NCBI RefSeq assembly: GCF_963921235.1
Contig: NC_086097.1
Coordinates: forward strand, 4,898,001-4,962,000
Direction: 5' to 3'
DNA length: 64,000 bases
DNA from: Mobula hypostoma
Lineage: Eukaryota
In this document: piece by piece, positions 52,082-64,000 of the stretch
How the letters are laid out: each line of letters starts with the position of its first letter
Position numbering within the stretch: position 1 is the stretch's first letter
Position numbers and translations under genes: made by a program
The notes under the pieces: generated by a model
What the model saw: only the letters and a program-made list of their open reading frames with translations
The model's database searches: none
Told to the model about the DNA's origin: nothing

Positions 52082-52718
52082 AACTGGAGGAAGAGCTAGT
52101 AAGAGATTTGAAAGTGGGAGGGGGAGGGGGAGATCCAAAATGATAAGAGAAGACAGGAGGGATGGAGCCAAGAGCTGGACAGTTGATTGGCAAAAGGGAT
52201 ATGAGAGGATCATGGGACAGGAGGCCCAGGGAGGAAGAAATGGGGGAGGGGGGGAACCCAGAGGATGGGCAAGGGGTATAGTCAGAGGGACAGAGGGAGA
52301 AAAAGGAGAGAGAGAAAAAGAATGTGTGTATATAAATAAATAACGGATGGGGTACGAGGGGGAGATGGGGCATTAGCGGAAGTTAGAGAAGTGAACATTG
52401 ACTTCTCTAGCTTCCGCTATTGCCCCATCTCCCCCTCGTACCCCATCCGTTATTTATTTATATACACACATTCTTTTTCTCTCTCTCCTTTTTCTCCCTC
52501 TGTCCCTCTGACTATAACCCTTGCCCATCCTCTGGGTTCCCCCGCCCCCCCTTTTTCCTTCTCCCTGGAACTCCTGTCCCATGATCCTCTCGTATCCCTT
52601 TTGCCAATCAACTGTCCAGCTCTTGGCTCCATCCTTCCCCCTCCTGTCTTCTCCTATCATTTTGGATCTCCCCCTCCCCCTCCCACTTTCAAATCCCTTA
52701 CTCACTCTTCCTTCAGTT

Positions 52719-52754
52719 AGTCCTGACGAAGGGTCTCGGCCTGAAATGTCGACT
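52719..52754 (+). ncRNA. Hammerhead motif, right arm
   Basis: AGTC-CTGACGA-AGG-gtctcgg-CCT-GAAAT-GTC-GACT. Confidence 0.65.
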
Positions 52755-53609
52755 GTACCTCTTCCTAGAAATGCTGTCTGGCCTGCTGCGTTCACCAGCA
52801 ACTTTGATGTGTGTTGCTTGAATTTCCAGCATCTGCAGAATTCCTTGTGTTTAGAATTCCACCCACCCTGCATCTTATACATAGCAACGAAAAATGTAAG
52901 CGAATACGTTTCATCTAAGACGTCTCCTACTTTTTGGTACTCACGTCCTGAACTTCTGAACGGAGACTGAACATTCACATTACGCAGTTACATGCACAAT
53001 CAGTCCTGATACAATAAAGTTAGACAAAAGGTACACTTTGGCACAACTTTTACAGGGTATTGCCTGGTAGTAAATTACAAGAAGGCTGACCTACTTGGAT
53101 GGTGAGGAACTTTGTATAAGCCGCGCTATCAAGCGTTGATTTCCTCACTCGTGGAAATCTATAGCATCCACATGTAAAACATGTCAAATTACCGATATTC
53201 TCAATCCGCCAACAAGCATAAATGAATTCACATGGATATTGTCAACTAATGCTCACCTTTCCTCACCATGCCCAGCACACTCTGGGAGGAACCCAATTCC
53301 AATGCCCTACCACGTCTTCAGCAAAAAGCAAAATGGTCTCCCCACTATCCCGCAAGTGCGTAATGACATCACCGACTCCCTTAAAGGCACAGACAACTAT
53401 TCTAGCATTACCTGGATGGATTCCTAAGTCCACTTTTAACAATACTGAATAAAATCTGATGGTCACCCGGTTACACTATGGTTTTGTCTTTTCACCCCTC
53501 TGACCTCTCTGAACTCAGAAAGATTCAACCTAACACAAACATGCTGAGATATCTTGTTCTAGCAAAGCCTGGACCACAATCTGCCCAGAGTACTTACTTT
53601 CACAGCGAG

Positions 53610-53985
53610 CATATTGGAACACAGAAACAGGCCCTTCGACCCACAATGCCATGCCAAACCAATTAAATTAGTAATCAAATGGCTAACGAAACTAACTTCT
53701 TCTGCCTACACAATGTCCATATCCCTCCATTTCCCTCACATTCACGTACCTATGTAAACGTCGCTTAAAAATCTCCAATGTATCTGCCTCTACCACCACC
53801 CCAGGCAGCACATTCTAGTCACCCACCACTCTCTCTGTATAAACTTGCCCCTCACTTCTCCTTTCAAATTGCCCCCTCTCAAGTTAAATTCATGCCCTCA
53901 GACATTTGACATTTCAGCACTGGGAAAAAGATACTGTCTGTCTATGCTATCTATGCCTCTCATAATCTTATGAACCTCTATCAGA
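53610..53985 (-). mobile_element. Degenerate CR1 3' fragment
   Basis: Reverse-complement CR1 RT end and gggtcgaagggcctgtttctgt tail. Confidence 0.75.
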
Positions 53986-54049
53986 TGATGGGAACAGTGC
54001 TTCACTATTAACCAACAACTAAGAAGATGGAACTGAGAACAAAAACTGG

Positions 54050-54355
54050 GCACTACGGGAGTGTAGTGGTTAGTGTGACGCCACTACAACTCAAAGCGTT
54101 CCAGAGATTGGAGTTCAATTCCAACACTGTTCTGTAAGGAGACTCTGTACGTCCACCTCACGGAATGCCGGGGTTTTCCCCGGGCACTCCAGCTTCCTCC
54201 CAGAGTCCAAAGCCATACAGGTAGATTAATTGGCCATTGTAAATTATCCCATGATTATGATAGGGTTAAATCAGGGATGTTGGGGTTTCTGGGGCAACGT
54301 AGCTCAAAGGACTGAAAGGCCCAACTCCATGCTGTATTGCCAAATAAATAAATGA
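54050..54355 (+). mobile_element. V-SINE/HE1-like SINE
   Basis: A-box-like gtgtagtggttag, B box gagttcaattcc, V core, AATAAA tail. Confidence 0.78.
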
Positions 54356-54477
54356 ATAACATTAACATTAATTCAAAATCTTCAAACTCCTGTGATACTG
54401 CAGTATGTCTGCTTAAATTATGCCTGTAGATAGTAATTTAGAGATTGAAAACACTAAATTATTATCTGTCCACGATC

Positions 54478-55087
54478 GAGCAGGGAGGTACTACTGCAGT
54501 TGTACAAGGCCTTGGTGAGACCACACCTGGAGTATTGTGTGCAGTTTTGGTCCCCTAATCTGAGGAAAGACATCTTTGCCATAGAGGGAGTACAAAGAAG
54601 GTTCACCAGATTGATTCCTGGGATGGCAGGTCCTTCATATGAAGAAAGACTGGATGAACTGGGCTTGTACTCGTTGGAATTTAGAAGATTGAGGGGGGAT
54701 CTGATTGAAACGTATAAGATCCTAAAGGGATTGGACAGGCTAGATGCGGGAAGATTGTTCCCGATGTTGGGGAGGTCTAGAACGAGGGGTCACAGTTTGA
54801 GGATAGAGGGGAAGCCTTTTAGGACCGAGGTTAGGAAAAACTTCTTCACACAGAGAGTGGTGAATCTGTGGAATTCTCTGCCACAGGAAACTGTTGAGGC
54901 CAGTTCATTAGCTATGTTTAAAAGGAAGTTAGATATGGCCCTTGTGGCTACAGGGGTCAGGGGATATGGAGGGAAGGCTGGGTTCTGAGTTGGATGATCA
55001 GCCATGATCATAATAAATGGCGGTGCAGGCTCGAAGGGCCGAATGGCCTACTCCTGCACCTATTTTCTATGTTTCTATGTTTCTATG
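54478..55087 (+). mobile_element. Young CR1 3' fragment
   Basis: Nearly identical to ~19540-20145; (TTTCTATG)x3 tail. Confidence 0.94.
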
Positions 55088-55769
55088 ACATCATCAGTGT
55101 CATTTCAGAATGTAAGTATCTGCACTGCATTCAAATGTTCTGGGTAATGTCCAAGACAGGACCGAAAGCGAGTCAGAACTGGTAAATGTTCTCAGCAAGC
55201 ACTCAGCAGCAGATACATTTCCTGACCTGAGGAAAATAATTGAATGAAACAGCAGGCCCGCTTTGCCTCTCCTGCTTCTCGTCCACTCCTTCTGAAGCTT
55301 CCAAGGCCATTGCAAAGTGCCGGAAAGAAGAGGAATCTCACCAGGATGAGCGGAACCTAAAGCTCCAGGTCAGACAGGAACGCTCAATTCTATCAGCTGT
55401 CTGAAAACTCTTCTGAATCGTACCCTGCAGTCATGAGGGAGGTGATGTGGGATTTGTACAGCAGTTAAAAAAACGAAATAATGTTAGGAAGTGTCTTTCA
55501 CAACAACATAAATCAGAAGCATGAACCCAAGTCCCCCAGCTAACACACAAGCTGAAGGGTGAACAAGTGACTTCACATCAGATAACTGGAGGTCTCCTCT
55601 GCAACTTGTGGTCTTGAAACTACATGAATACCAGAGTGCTTTTAAAAGGGCAATGTCACATGGAATTTGGAAGCTTAAAAAGCAGACCCTATCCCAGCCA
55701 CTGATCATGTTACACTTTTAGTCTCTCCAACAATGAATTGGAAATAGGAATCGCTAAAGGACAGATTTA

Positions 55770-56895
55770 TAAACACCAGAGATTCTGCAGATGCTGGAAA
55801 CCCAGAGCAACACACACAAAATACTGGAGGAGCTCAACAGGTCAGGCAGCATCCAGACAAAGGAACTGAGAAAAAGGATTAGTGTTTTTACAAGAGACAA
55901 TGTGGGAAACGGTATAGTCAAGATAACCATGGGAATTGGTAAGTTTATAAAAGATGTAGGTCGACAATTTGAGTCCATAGATGGAGACAAAGAGATCGAA
56001 ATAAGGAAGGGAGGTGTCAGAAATGGACCAAGTGAATTTAATAGCAGGATGGAAGTTGGAGGCAAAGTTGATGAATTTGACGTGCTCAGCGTGGGTACAG
56101 GAAGCAGCACCAATGCAGTCATCCATGTGGCAGAGGGAGAGTTGGAGAGCATTACCAGGGAAGACTGGGAACATGGACTGTTCTATGTAGCCAAGCCAAG
56201 TGGCAGACATAGCTGGGGCCCATGTGAGTGCCCATGGCTACCCTTCGAGTCTGGAGAAAGTGGAAGATGATGGAAAAATTGTTGAGGGTGAGGACCAGTT
56301 CTGCCAGATTGTGGAGGGGAACTGGCTGGTTCTTTTATTGAGAAAGAAGTGGAGAACTTTAAAGCCTTCTTGATAGGAGAATAGAAGTGTACAAGGATTG
56401 AACATCTATGGTGAAGACGAAGCTGTCAGAGCCAAGGAATTGAAAGTTACTGAGGAGATTGAGAGCATAGAAGGTGTCGCTGAGGTGGGTGGAAAGGGAC
56501 TGAATCAAGGAGGATAGAATGGAGTCGAGGTTTGAGGACCTGAGTTCAGTGGTGCAAGAGCAGGCAGCGAAAAAAGGCCTTCCTGGACAATCAGGTCTGC
56601 CTGTCTTGGAAGGGAGGTAGAAGTGAGCAGTGCGCTGTAGGGGAACAATGAGTTTGGTGGCAGTGGATGGGAGTTCGCCAGAGCTGACGAGATCGGTGAT
56701 GAAGTTGGAGACAGGTTTATGATAGTCTGGGATGGGATCGGTATGAGGAGGTGTCTGAGAATTGCTGCCTGGCCTCAGCAAGGTAGAGGTCAGTCCACCA
56801 CACGACAACAGCACCCCTTTGTCTGCATGTTTGATGGTGAGGTCGGGATTGACACAGAGAGTGGGGAGGGCAGTGCATTCAGAGCAGGCAAGGTT
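55770..56895 (-). mobile_element. Penelope-like element: degenerate RT plus terminus
   Basis: RPDCPGRP, DVQSLYTSI, MDDCIGA, HPAIKFT and YKLTNSHGYLDY are Penelope RT-type motifs; same terminal family as the short fragments. Confidence 0.82.
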
Positions 56896-56899
56896 GGAA

Positions 56900-56900
<1 letters not shown>

Positions 56901-56930
<30 letters not shown>

Positions 56931-57740
56931 TACTTTATTGATCCCGAGGGAAATTGGGTTTCGTTACAGCCGCACCAACCAAGAATAGAGCATAAATATA
57001 GCAATACAAAAACCACAAACAATCAAACAACAAAATACAAACTATGCCAGATGGAAATAAGTCCAGGACCAGCCAATTGGCTCAGGGTGTCTGACCCTCC
57101 ACAGGAGGAGCTGCAAAGTTCGATGGCCACAGGCAGGAACAACCTCCCGTGCCCCCCAGTGTTGTATCTCGGTGGAATATGGCCAGAGTCCAACAGCAAA
57201 AAGTTCAATATCCGGTCTACAAACACGTTCCTCGATTGTAATATTACCCGGATTGCACTATCCGTTGCTAACCAGAACACTAAGCCCCCAACTCCTTTAC
57301 GCTTACCGCTCTCAGTGCACTTCCGGTCAGCCAGAATGGTCTGGAAGCCGTCCATGGAAAAGTTTTGATCGGGTATGTCCTCGTGCAGCCCCGTTCCAGT
57401 AAAACACATAACACTGCACTCCCGAAATGTTCTCTGACACCTGGCTAGCGCCGTGAACTCGTCCATTTTATTACCCACCGAACTCCTCTTCTCCATAAGT
57501 CTCTGTTGTCTCGACCCGACTTTGTGATCCCCCTCTGCATCCTCTGCGTGTTTTCCTCCAGATTTCAGCAGGGGGTGTCCACCGCTCTGCTCGCTAAACC
57601 GGCCGCCATAAGCGCAATCAGCTGGTCCCTGGAATGAACAATGTGACCATGCTTCTGCCCCGCTAATGAGATGTGTTGGGATGTAACTATTTCCAGCACT
57701 AAAAACCCGAATAAAACTCTCTCTACCAGCACGTTAGAGA
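56901..57740 (-). mobile_element. Internally deleted Rex1/Babar-like element with (TATC)n tail
   Basis: Endonuclease N-terminus (NKMDEF..CSVMCFT..ADR..SGKRKG) fused to the ORF end (LFLPVAIEL); tail matches 41581-41650. Confidence 0.72.
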
Positions 57741-59162
57741 AGGAGGAGGAGAGGACCTGCTGAAGCTGAGCCAGTTAATATTTCATCAGCAATTCAAGAC
57801 AACTGATAATAAACTTGAATTTGAACTTGAACTTGAACGTGCGACTAAAATATTCATGTCTGTGAACACAGCACCTCTGGTGTATGCCCGGGATGGTGGT
57901 GGGGGTTTCTCTCTGCAGTCCTCACAAACCATTGTATGGTCATGCTGTCAGACGCCTTGCAATTCCCATAGCAGATGGTGATAGCCGGCCTGCTGAGTTC
58001 CTCCAGCATTTAGTGTGTGTTGGTGACAAGGGACTGCATTGAAATGCCTCAGGACATCATGCTCTATTTCTTTGGTTGTTTCACATTTTTATTATTCTGT
58101 CATTGGCAATAGAAACATTCCCAAGGCTTTCCTTTGTCCCACTGTGGAAAGCTGCACCATGGCATCTAAGTGCCTGTTTATAGTCACTCTCTCGTTCCAC
58201 ATAAAGGCCGTCAACGAACATTCTCAGCATTCACGGAATAAATGCGACTCTGTACTCCCATGTCCCTCTCTTCTTTCTTCGTCACTTGTATGGTAGCTCA
58301 GCAAGTAATCCCTGCTTCTGAGACCTGTAGGGATTACCTTGTCAAACAAGAGAAAATCTGAAGATGCCGGATGAAGGGTCTGAAACATTGAAAGCTTACT
58401 CTTTTCTATAGAGGCTGCCTGGCCTGCTGAGTTCATCCAGCATTTTGTGTGTGTTGCAGGGATCACCTTCTCTATTGGCTGCAAGCTACCGTAATTGAGG
58501 AATTTGAAAGGACTGGGCCTCATGCCGCGGACTTGCCTGTTTCAGTCGTCCAGATGGGAGACACACCGGAGGCAAGGTAGTGCGGTGTCCTTACTGGATT
58601 GAGGGCTGTTCCCTCCCATTAGTGCTGGTCCCCAGTGTTAGTTCAGTGGAAGACAAGTGAGATTGCATGCAGCTGTGCGTGCATTCATCTGCAGACTAGT
58701 GAGGGTTTTTCTTGCCAACAACGTTCATTCTCCATCATTCTATCGGACATGTCACTTACGGACTTGGGCCATGTATTTTTTTTTGCATGACTATATGTTT
58801 ACTGCTATCTTATATGTTTTATTTGTGCCTTGTGCTGTGTATGACTGTTAGTACCATGTTTTGGATCTTAGCCCCAGAGTAACGCTGTTTCATTTGGCTG
58901 TCTTTTTAATGTTGTTTTATCTGGGGATGGGTATGGGGATATCATTGTGGAAGTGTGGCCGTTAGCCTGACATTATACTGCTCAGGATGTTAGAGTTTAG
59001 AGTTCAGTTTGGGCGCTGCCTGTAAGGGGTTTGTACATTTTCCCTGTGACTGCATGGGTTTCCTCCGAGTGCTCTGCATTCCTCTCACAAACCAAAGACC
59101 AGTCGGTCCTTTAATTGGTCATTGTAAATTGTCCTGTGATTAGGCCAGTGTTAAATCTGTGG

Positions 59163-59345
59163 AACACACACTCAACGCTGAAGGAACTCAGCAGGCCAGG
59201 AAACATCTAGGGAAAAGAATACAGTCAACGTTCTGGGCTGAGACCCTTCAGCAGGACTGGAGAAAACCTTCTAGCTCTGACTCCTCATCCTTTCTCCCCC
59301 AGTCCTGCTGAAGGGTCTCGGCCTGAAATGTTGACTCTACTCATT
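59163..59345. mobile_element. Inverted pair of Penelope termini
   Basis: 59223-59258 and 59301-59336 are reverse-complement hammerhead-like motifs. Confidence 0.7.
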
Positions 59346-59791
59346 TCTAGCTTGGAAAAATAGAGGGCTACGCTGTCACGTAATTCCAGGCAGTTTCTAG
59401 AGTAGGTTAAACAGTCGGCGCAACATTGTGGGCCGAAGGGCCTGTAATGTGCTGTAGATTTCTATGTTCTGTGATTCTATGTTCAATAGGTTGAGCAACA
59501 TGCACAAAACGCTGAAGGAACTCGACTGTCAGGCAGCATCTCCACTGGGGAATAAACAGTCAACATATCAGGCTGAGAGCCTTCCCCAGAACTGCTCAGG
59601 ATTTCCAGATCTGCAGTGTTTATGTTCAATACAAGCTTCATTTAATGACTTTAATTTTAACTAATAATCTACGTCAATGTTTGTATTAAATTGGATCAGT
59701 GTGGCATTGCTGCAGTTTCCTGACCCTCAGAATCAGGTTTAATATTATTGGCATACATTATGTAGATCTACACACATATAGATGGCCAGCT

Positions 59792-60050
59792 TTACTTACT
59801 TACTTCAGCCCACCAACCCTGCTGGGACATAGGTCACCGACAGCAGCTCCCCAGAGCCCTCTGCTCTGAGCCAGTCTTTCAAGTTGTTCCCAGGTGTAAA
59901 CCATTGAAGATCCTCCCTCTCCCAGGGGTGAGGTCTTTGGAGCTTCTGTTGGTTTTTCTGTAGGTCTGGGTTGTGAATAGATGGGGGCGCTAGCCCCGTG
60001 CCCAACATTCCTCCCTTCAGTGCTGAGCTTGGGACCATCCATGGTCAAGT
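59792..60050 (-). mobile_element. RTE-clade 3' end
   Basis: TWEQLERLAQSRGLW..V.DLC C-terminal motif and (AAGT)n tail. Confidence 0.7.
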
Positions 60051-60164
60051 TCCATTTTACTCTCCTTTTCCCAATCTCCCATCTACTCCTCAGATTCTAC
60101 CACTCACCTGAGCAAGGGACAATTTACAGAACCCAATGAACCACCATGTTACATATCAAAGACA

Positions 60165-60608
60165 TACTGTATGTACATAAAGGCGCTGGAAAAGGGCCAG
60201 GAATATCAGGAAGGATTCCACCCACCCTGCTCATGGACTGTATGTCCCACTCCCATCGGGGAGGAAGCTGTGTAGCATCCACACCAGGACCACCAGACTC
60301 AAAAACAGTTACTTTCCCCAGGCAGTAAGGCTGATCAACACCTCCACCCACTAACCCACCCACCAACACTGCTTTATCATTTCCGGTCAGAGTCATGTTA
60401 TGTACAGACACTCCTGTGCCTAGTGTCGCTTCATGAACATACAATCAATCCATGTATATAAGCTATCTTATATATTTATATTTATTATCTTTTTATTATT
60501 ATTGTGTTCTTTATCTTACTGTTTCTTGTGCTGCTTTGGATCTGGAGTAACAAATAATTCATTGTCCTTTACAATTGTGTACGGGAAATGACATTAAACA
60601 GTCTTGAA
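60165..60608 (+). mobile_element. Rex1/Babar-like 3' end
   Basis: accagactcaaaaacagttactttccccaggcagtaaggctgatcaac (TRLKNSYFPQAVRLIN); AT-rich 3' UTR. Confidence 0.72.
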
Positions 60609-60639
60609 TACTAGACAAAACAGAACTTCCGGAGAAAAG

Positions 60640-61755
60640 CCCCACCTGGGGTCAGGAATGTACTTGGGAGAACGTCCCATCTGGGGTCAGGAATGTATCT
60701 GGGGGAAACAACACACTTGGGGTAAGGAATACACTAGGGGGAAACGACACACATGGGGTCAGGAATGCACTAGGGGGAAATGACACACATGGGGTCAGGA
60801 ATGCACCTGGGGGAAACGACAAATGTGAGGTCAGGAATGAATCTGGGGAAATGACACACATGGGGTCAGGAATGTATTGGGGAAATGACTCACATGGGGT
60901 CAGGAATGTATTGGGGAGAACGACACACATGGGGTCAGGAATGTATCTGGGGGAAATGACACACATGGGGTCAGGAATGTATTGGGGAGAACGACACACA
61001 TGGGGTCAGGGATGCACCTGGGGGAAACTACCTGCCTGGGGTCAGGAATGCACCTGGGGTGAAGAATGCACTCTGGGGTAAGTCCCATTTGGGAGCAGGA
61101 GTGCACCTGGGGAAACATCCCATTTGGGATCAGGAATATACCTGGGGAAACCCCTACACCTGGAGTCAGTACAGCACTTGCAGGAAATCCCCCATCTGTG
61201 GTGAGAGAAACAACCCACTTGGGGTCAGGAATGCCCCTGGGGAAACACCCCCCACTGGGGCCAAGAATGCACTTGGAAGAAACATCCCAGCTGAGGTCTG
61301 GAATGAACCTTGGGGAAAGGCCCCACCTGGGATCAGGAATGCTCCTGAGGGAAACACCCCACGTGGAGTCAGGAATACACCTGGGAAAACTTCCCCACCT
61401 TGGGTCAGGAACACATCTGGGAAAAAATCCCATCTGGAGTCAGGAATTCATCTGGGAAAAAATCCCATCTGGAGTCAGGAATGCACCTGTGGGTAACGCC
61501 CCACCTGGGGTAAGGAATGCACCTGGAAAAAATGCCCCACCTGTGGTCACACCCCACCTGGGGTCAGGAATGCACCTGGAAGAAACGCCCTCGTTGAGTC
61601 AGGAATACACCTGGGAAAACTTACCCACCTTGGGTTGGGAATACATCTGGGAAAAAATCCCATCTGGAGTCAGGAATGAACCTGGGGGTACTGCCCCACC
61701 TGGGGTAAGGAATGTACCTGGAAAAAATGCCCTACCTGGGGTCAAGAATGTAGTG
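60640..61755 (+). repeat. Minisatellite, ~35-36-bp unit, about 30 copies
   Basis: Consensus near GGGGTCAGGAATGCACCTGGGGGAAANNCCCCACCT; T(C/A)AGG at 60652, 60687, 60723, 60759, 60795. Confidence 0.95.
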
Positions 61756-61899
61756 GGGTCGCTGGAACTGCTTTAGTAGCTGCTTCACTGTGCTGACATA
61801 CGCTTGCTGGGACAAAAATGCCTTCACCTGTATCATAGGAGTATATGGAAAACAATATTTTAATTTTTTTATTGTTATTGAAATACAGCGTGAAATTGG

Positions 61900-62150
61900 C
61901 TATTTTGGCCCTTTGATCCACGACGCCCAGCAATCACCTAATTGAATCCTAGCCTCATCAATAATTAAAAATGGCCAGTTAACCTATCAAATGGTACATC
62001 TTTGGACTGTGAGAGGAAACCGGATTACCCAGAGGAAACCCACGTGGTCACAGGGAGAACGTACAGACACTTTACAGGCAGCAGCGGGAATTGAACCCAT
62101 GTCATTGCTACTGTAAAGCAGCATGCTAACCACTAAGCTTCTGTGCTGCC
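61900..62150 (-). mobile_element. V-SINE/HE1-like SINE
   Basis: Reverse-complement B box gggttcaattccc and V core. Confidence 0.75.
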
Positions 62151-62164
62151 CCAATATTGTAACA

Positions 62165-62535
62165 GTAATTTAGTTAAAGAGCATTTTGAATACAGATGAT
62201 GAAGTTCAAAGTGCTTTACAATGGGATAAAGTGCAAACATAAAAATAAAAGACAAAACAATGTTAGTTAAAAGTAATGTTATAGAAATAGGTTTTGAACT
62301 GGTGTTTAAAAGTCTCAACTGAGTCTACATTCTTTATAGTTTTAGATATTGAATTTCACAGTTTTGGAACGTAGTTCAAAAAAGCTGACCTGCCAATTAC
62401 CTTTTGAGGGAGATTGTTTAAATTTACGAGACCGGCAGAAGAAGACTTGAGAGCTCGAGCAGGATTATAAAGCAAAAGTGATCCTGCAAAGTTCTCTGGT
62501 CCCAGACCACTGAGAGCTTTAAAAACAAGTCAGAC
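62165..62535 (-). mobile_element. L2-like LINE 3' end
   Basis: Minus strand PKL.NS..DSVETFKHQFKTYF, then gtaaagcactttgaac stem-loop-like tail. Confidence 0.6.
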
Positions 62536-63307
62536 AACTATAAATATGTTACATTTTCTACAGTGCTCATTAGTCAGGTTTCCCTAGGATAAAGTTAAAT
62601 GATTGCAACGCTAGAGATTGGTGAAGACACTGCAAAGGCGATATGGTTTACTCAAGTGAGAAATTCTTGCTGATATAAGTATTGATTCAATCTAAGGTTC
62701 ATTACAAGTAGATTCCTACACTGTTTATTTTAAGCTCCAGCATCCCTGACAGTATTGGACTATTTTCTAGTTTCGTTTATCAAAAGGGAGCACTTGTTTA
62801 TTGTACAGCTACATGGGGTGTTGTCACAGGGAAGCAGCATCCATCATCAAGGACCCCCACCATCCTGGCCATACTCTCTTCTGGCTGCTGCCTTCGGGAA
62901 GAATGTACAGGAGACTCAGAACTCACCTCACCGGGTTCAGGAACAGTTATTACACCTCAACCATCTAACTCTCGAATCAAAGGGGATAACTTCACTCAAC
63001 ATCACTGGCCCCAACACTAAACTGTTCCTTCAGCCTATGGGCTCACCTTCAAAGATGCTTCATCTCATGTTCTCCATATTTATTGCTTATTTATTTATTT
63101 ATTGTTGTTATTTATTTATTGCTATATTTTGCAGTTTGTTGTCTTTTGCACCACTGGTTGAATGTCCAGAGGGTGGACATTCTATTACAGATTTATTGAG
63201 CATGCCTGCAAGAAAACTAATCTTCTTGTGTCCGTGCACCATTACATATCAAGTAAGTAAAAGCAAGCACAGGGGACGTGGCTTTAACTCTGTATTCATA
63301 TTGCAGT

Positions 63308-63311
<4 letters not shown>

Positions 63312-63352
<41 letters not shown>
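63312..63352 (+). repeat. (GA)n microsatellite
   Basis: Direct reading. Confidence 0.97.
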
Positions 63353-63355
<3 letters not shown>

Positions 63356-63602
63356 AATGTGCATGTGTAGACAACAGATCATACATATTGTTGGGGGGTT
63401 GTGCTGCTTGCTGGAAAAGAAATAGATCCATATGTCACCCTTCCTCCCCCTTTAGGTTATAAAACTGTGTATGCACTTTTTCCCATAGATGCTGCATGGC
63501 TTGCTGAGTTCCTCCAGCGTTTTGTGTGTGTACAAAACATTCAATTTCCCTTTCATAAACTCGTATTCCAAATAAACATATTCTCACAATAACAGCACAA
63601 CA

Positions 63603-64000
63603 TCGACCCCTGCGGAACACCACTAGTCACTGGCAGCCAACCAGTACAGGATCCTTTTATTCCCACTTGCTGCCTCCTTCCAATCAGCCAATGCTCTAAC
63701 CATGTTAGTAACTTTCCTGTAATACCACGGTATCTTAACTTTGAAAGCAGCCTCGTGTGTGGCACCTTGTCAAAGGTCTTCTGAAAGTCCAAATATACAA
63801 CATCCACTGCATCTCCTTTATCTATCCTACTTGTAATCTCCTCAAAGAATTCCAACAGGTTCGTCAGGCAGGATTTTCCCTGAAGGAAAACATGCTGACT
63901 TTGTACTATCTTGTCCTGTGTCACCAATTATTCCATCACCTCATCCTTAACAATTGGCTCTAACATCTTTCTAACAACTGAGGTCAGGCTAACTTATCTA
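63603..64000 (-). mobile_element. CR1 RT fragment
   Basis: [36 protein letters not shown]. Confidence 0.9.

Larger units (their letters stand above)
51986..52850. mobile_element. Penelope-like insertion forming a ~410-bp-arm inverted repeat
   Basis: ~51984-52392 is the reverse complement of ~52401-52816; TTAGAATTCCACCCA flanks both sides (51971-51985, 52851-52865). Confidence 0.88.

Noticed and set aside
51971..52978. ORFs in the inverted repeat
   Set aside because: Low-complexity purine/pyrimidine-biased Penelope terminal sequence
60640..61755. CRISPR-like array and overlapping ORFs in the repeat
   Set aside because: Variable parts are only a few nt and related to each other, there are no cas genes, and the context is eukaryotic; the ORFs arise from the ~36-bp period

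Overview
Eukaryotic, repeat-saturated vertebrate DNA, by inference from a cartilaginous fish (esterase-ORF1 CR1 LINEs, HE1/V-SINE-like SINEs, abundant Penelope termini, Gmr1-type LTR element). No host protein-coding gene can be recognised with confidence; nearly every long ORF is transposon-derived or the antisense shadow of one. Main contents: many CR1 fragments from at least two ORF2/3'-tail families, including a near-complete copy (15.5-20.1 kb) with an open APE-RT ORF2; Rex1/Babar-like LINE fragments; a Tc1 IR/DR transposon; a young SCAN-gag Gmr1-like LTR element with gutted pol; two older Gypsy relics; Penelope-like fragments carrying minimal hammerhead-ribozyme motifs; short non-autonomous elements; and a ~36-bp minisatellite. 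Best leads: (1) a canonical U_UUA_AAC slippery heptamer at the CR1 ORF1 stop that leads by -1 shift into an ORF2 with no AUG before the middle of its endonuclease; (2) dispersed and inverted hammerhead-bearing Penelope termini; (3) the gag-protease-only Gmr1 element. Boundaries were read by eye, and those of degenerate elements are approximate.
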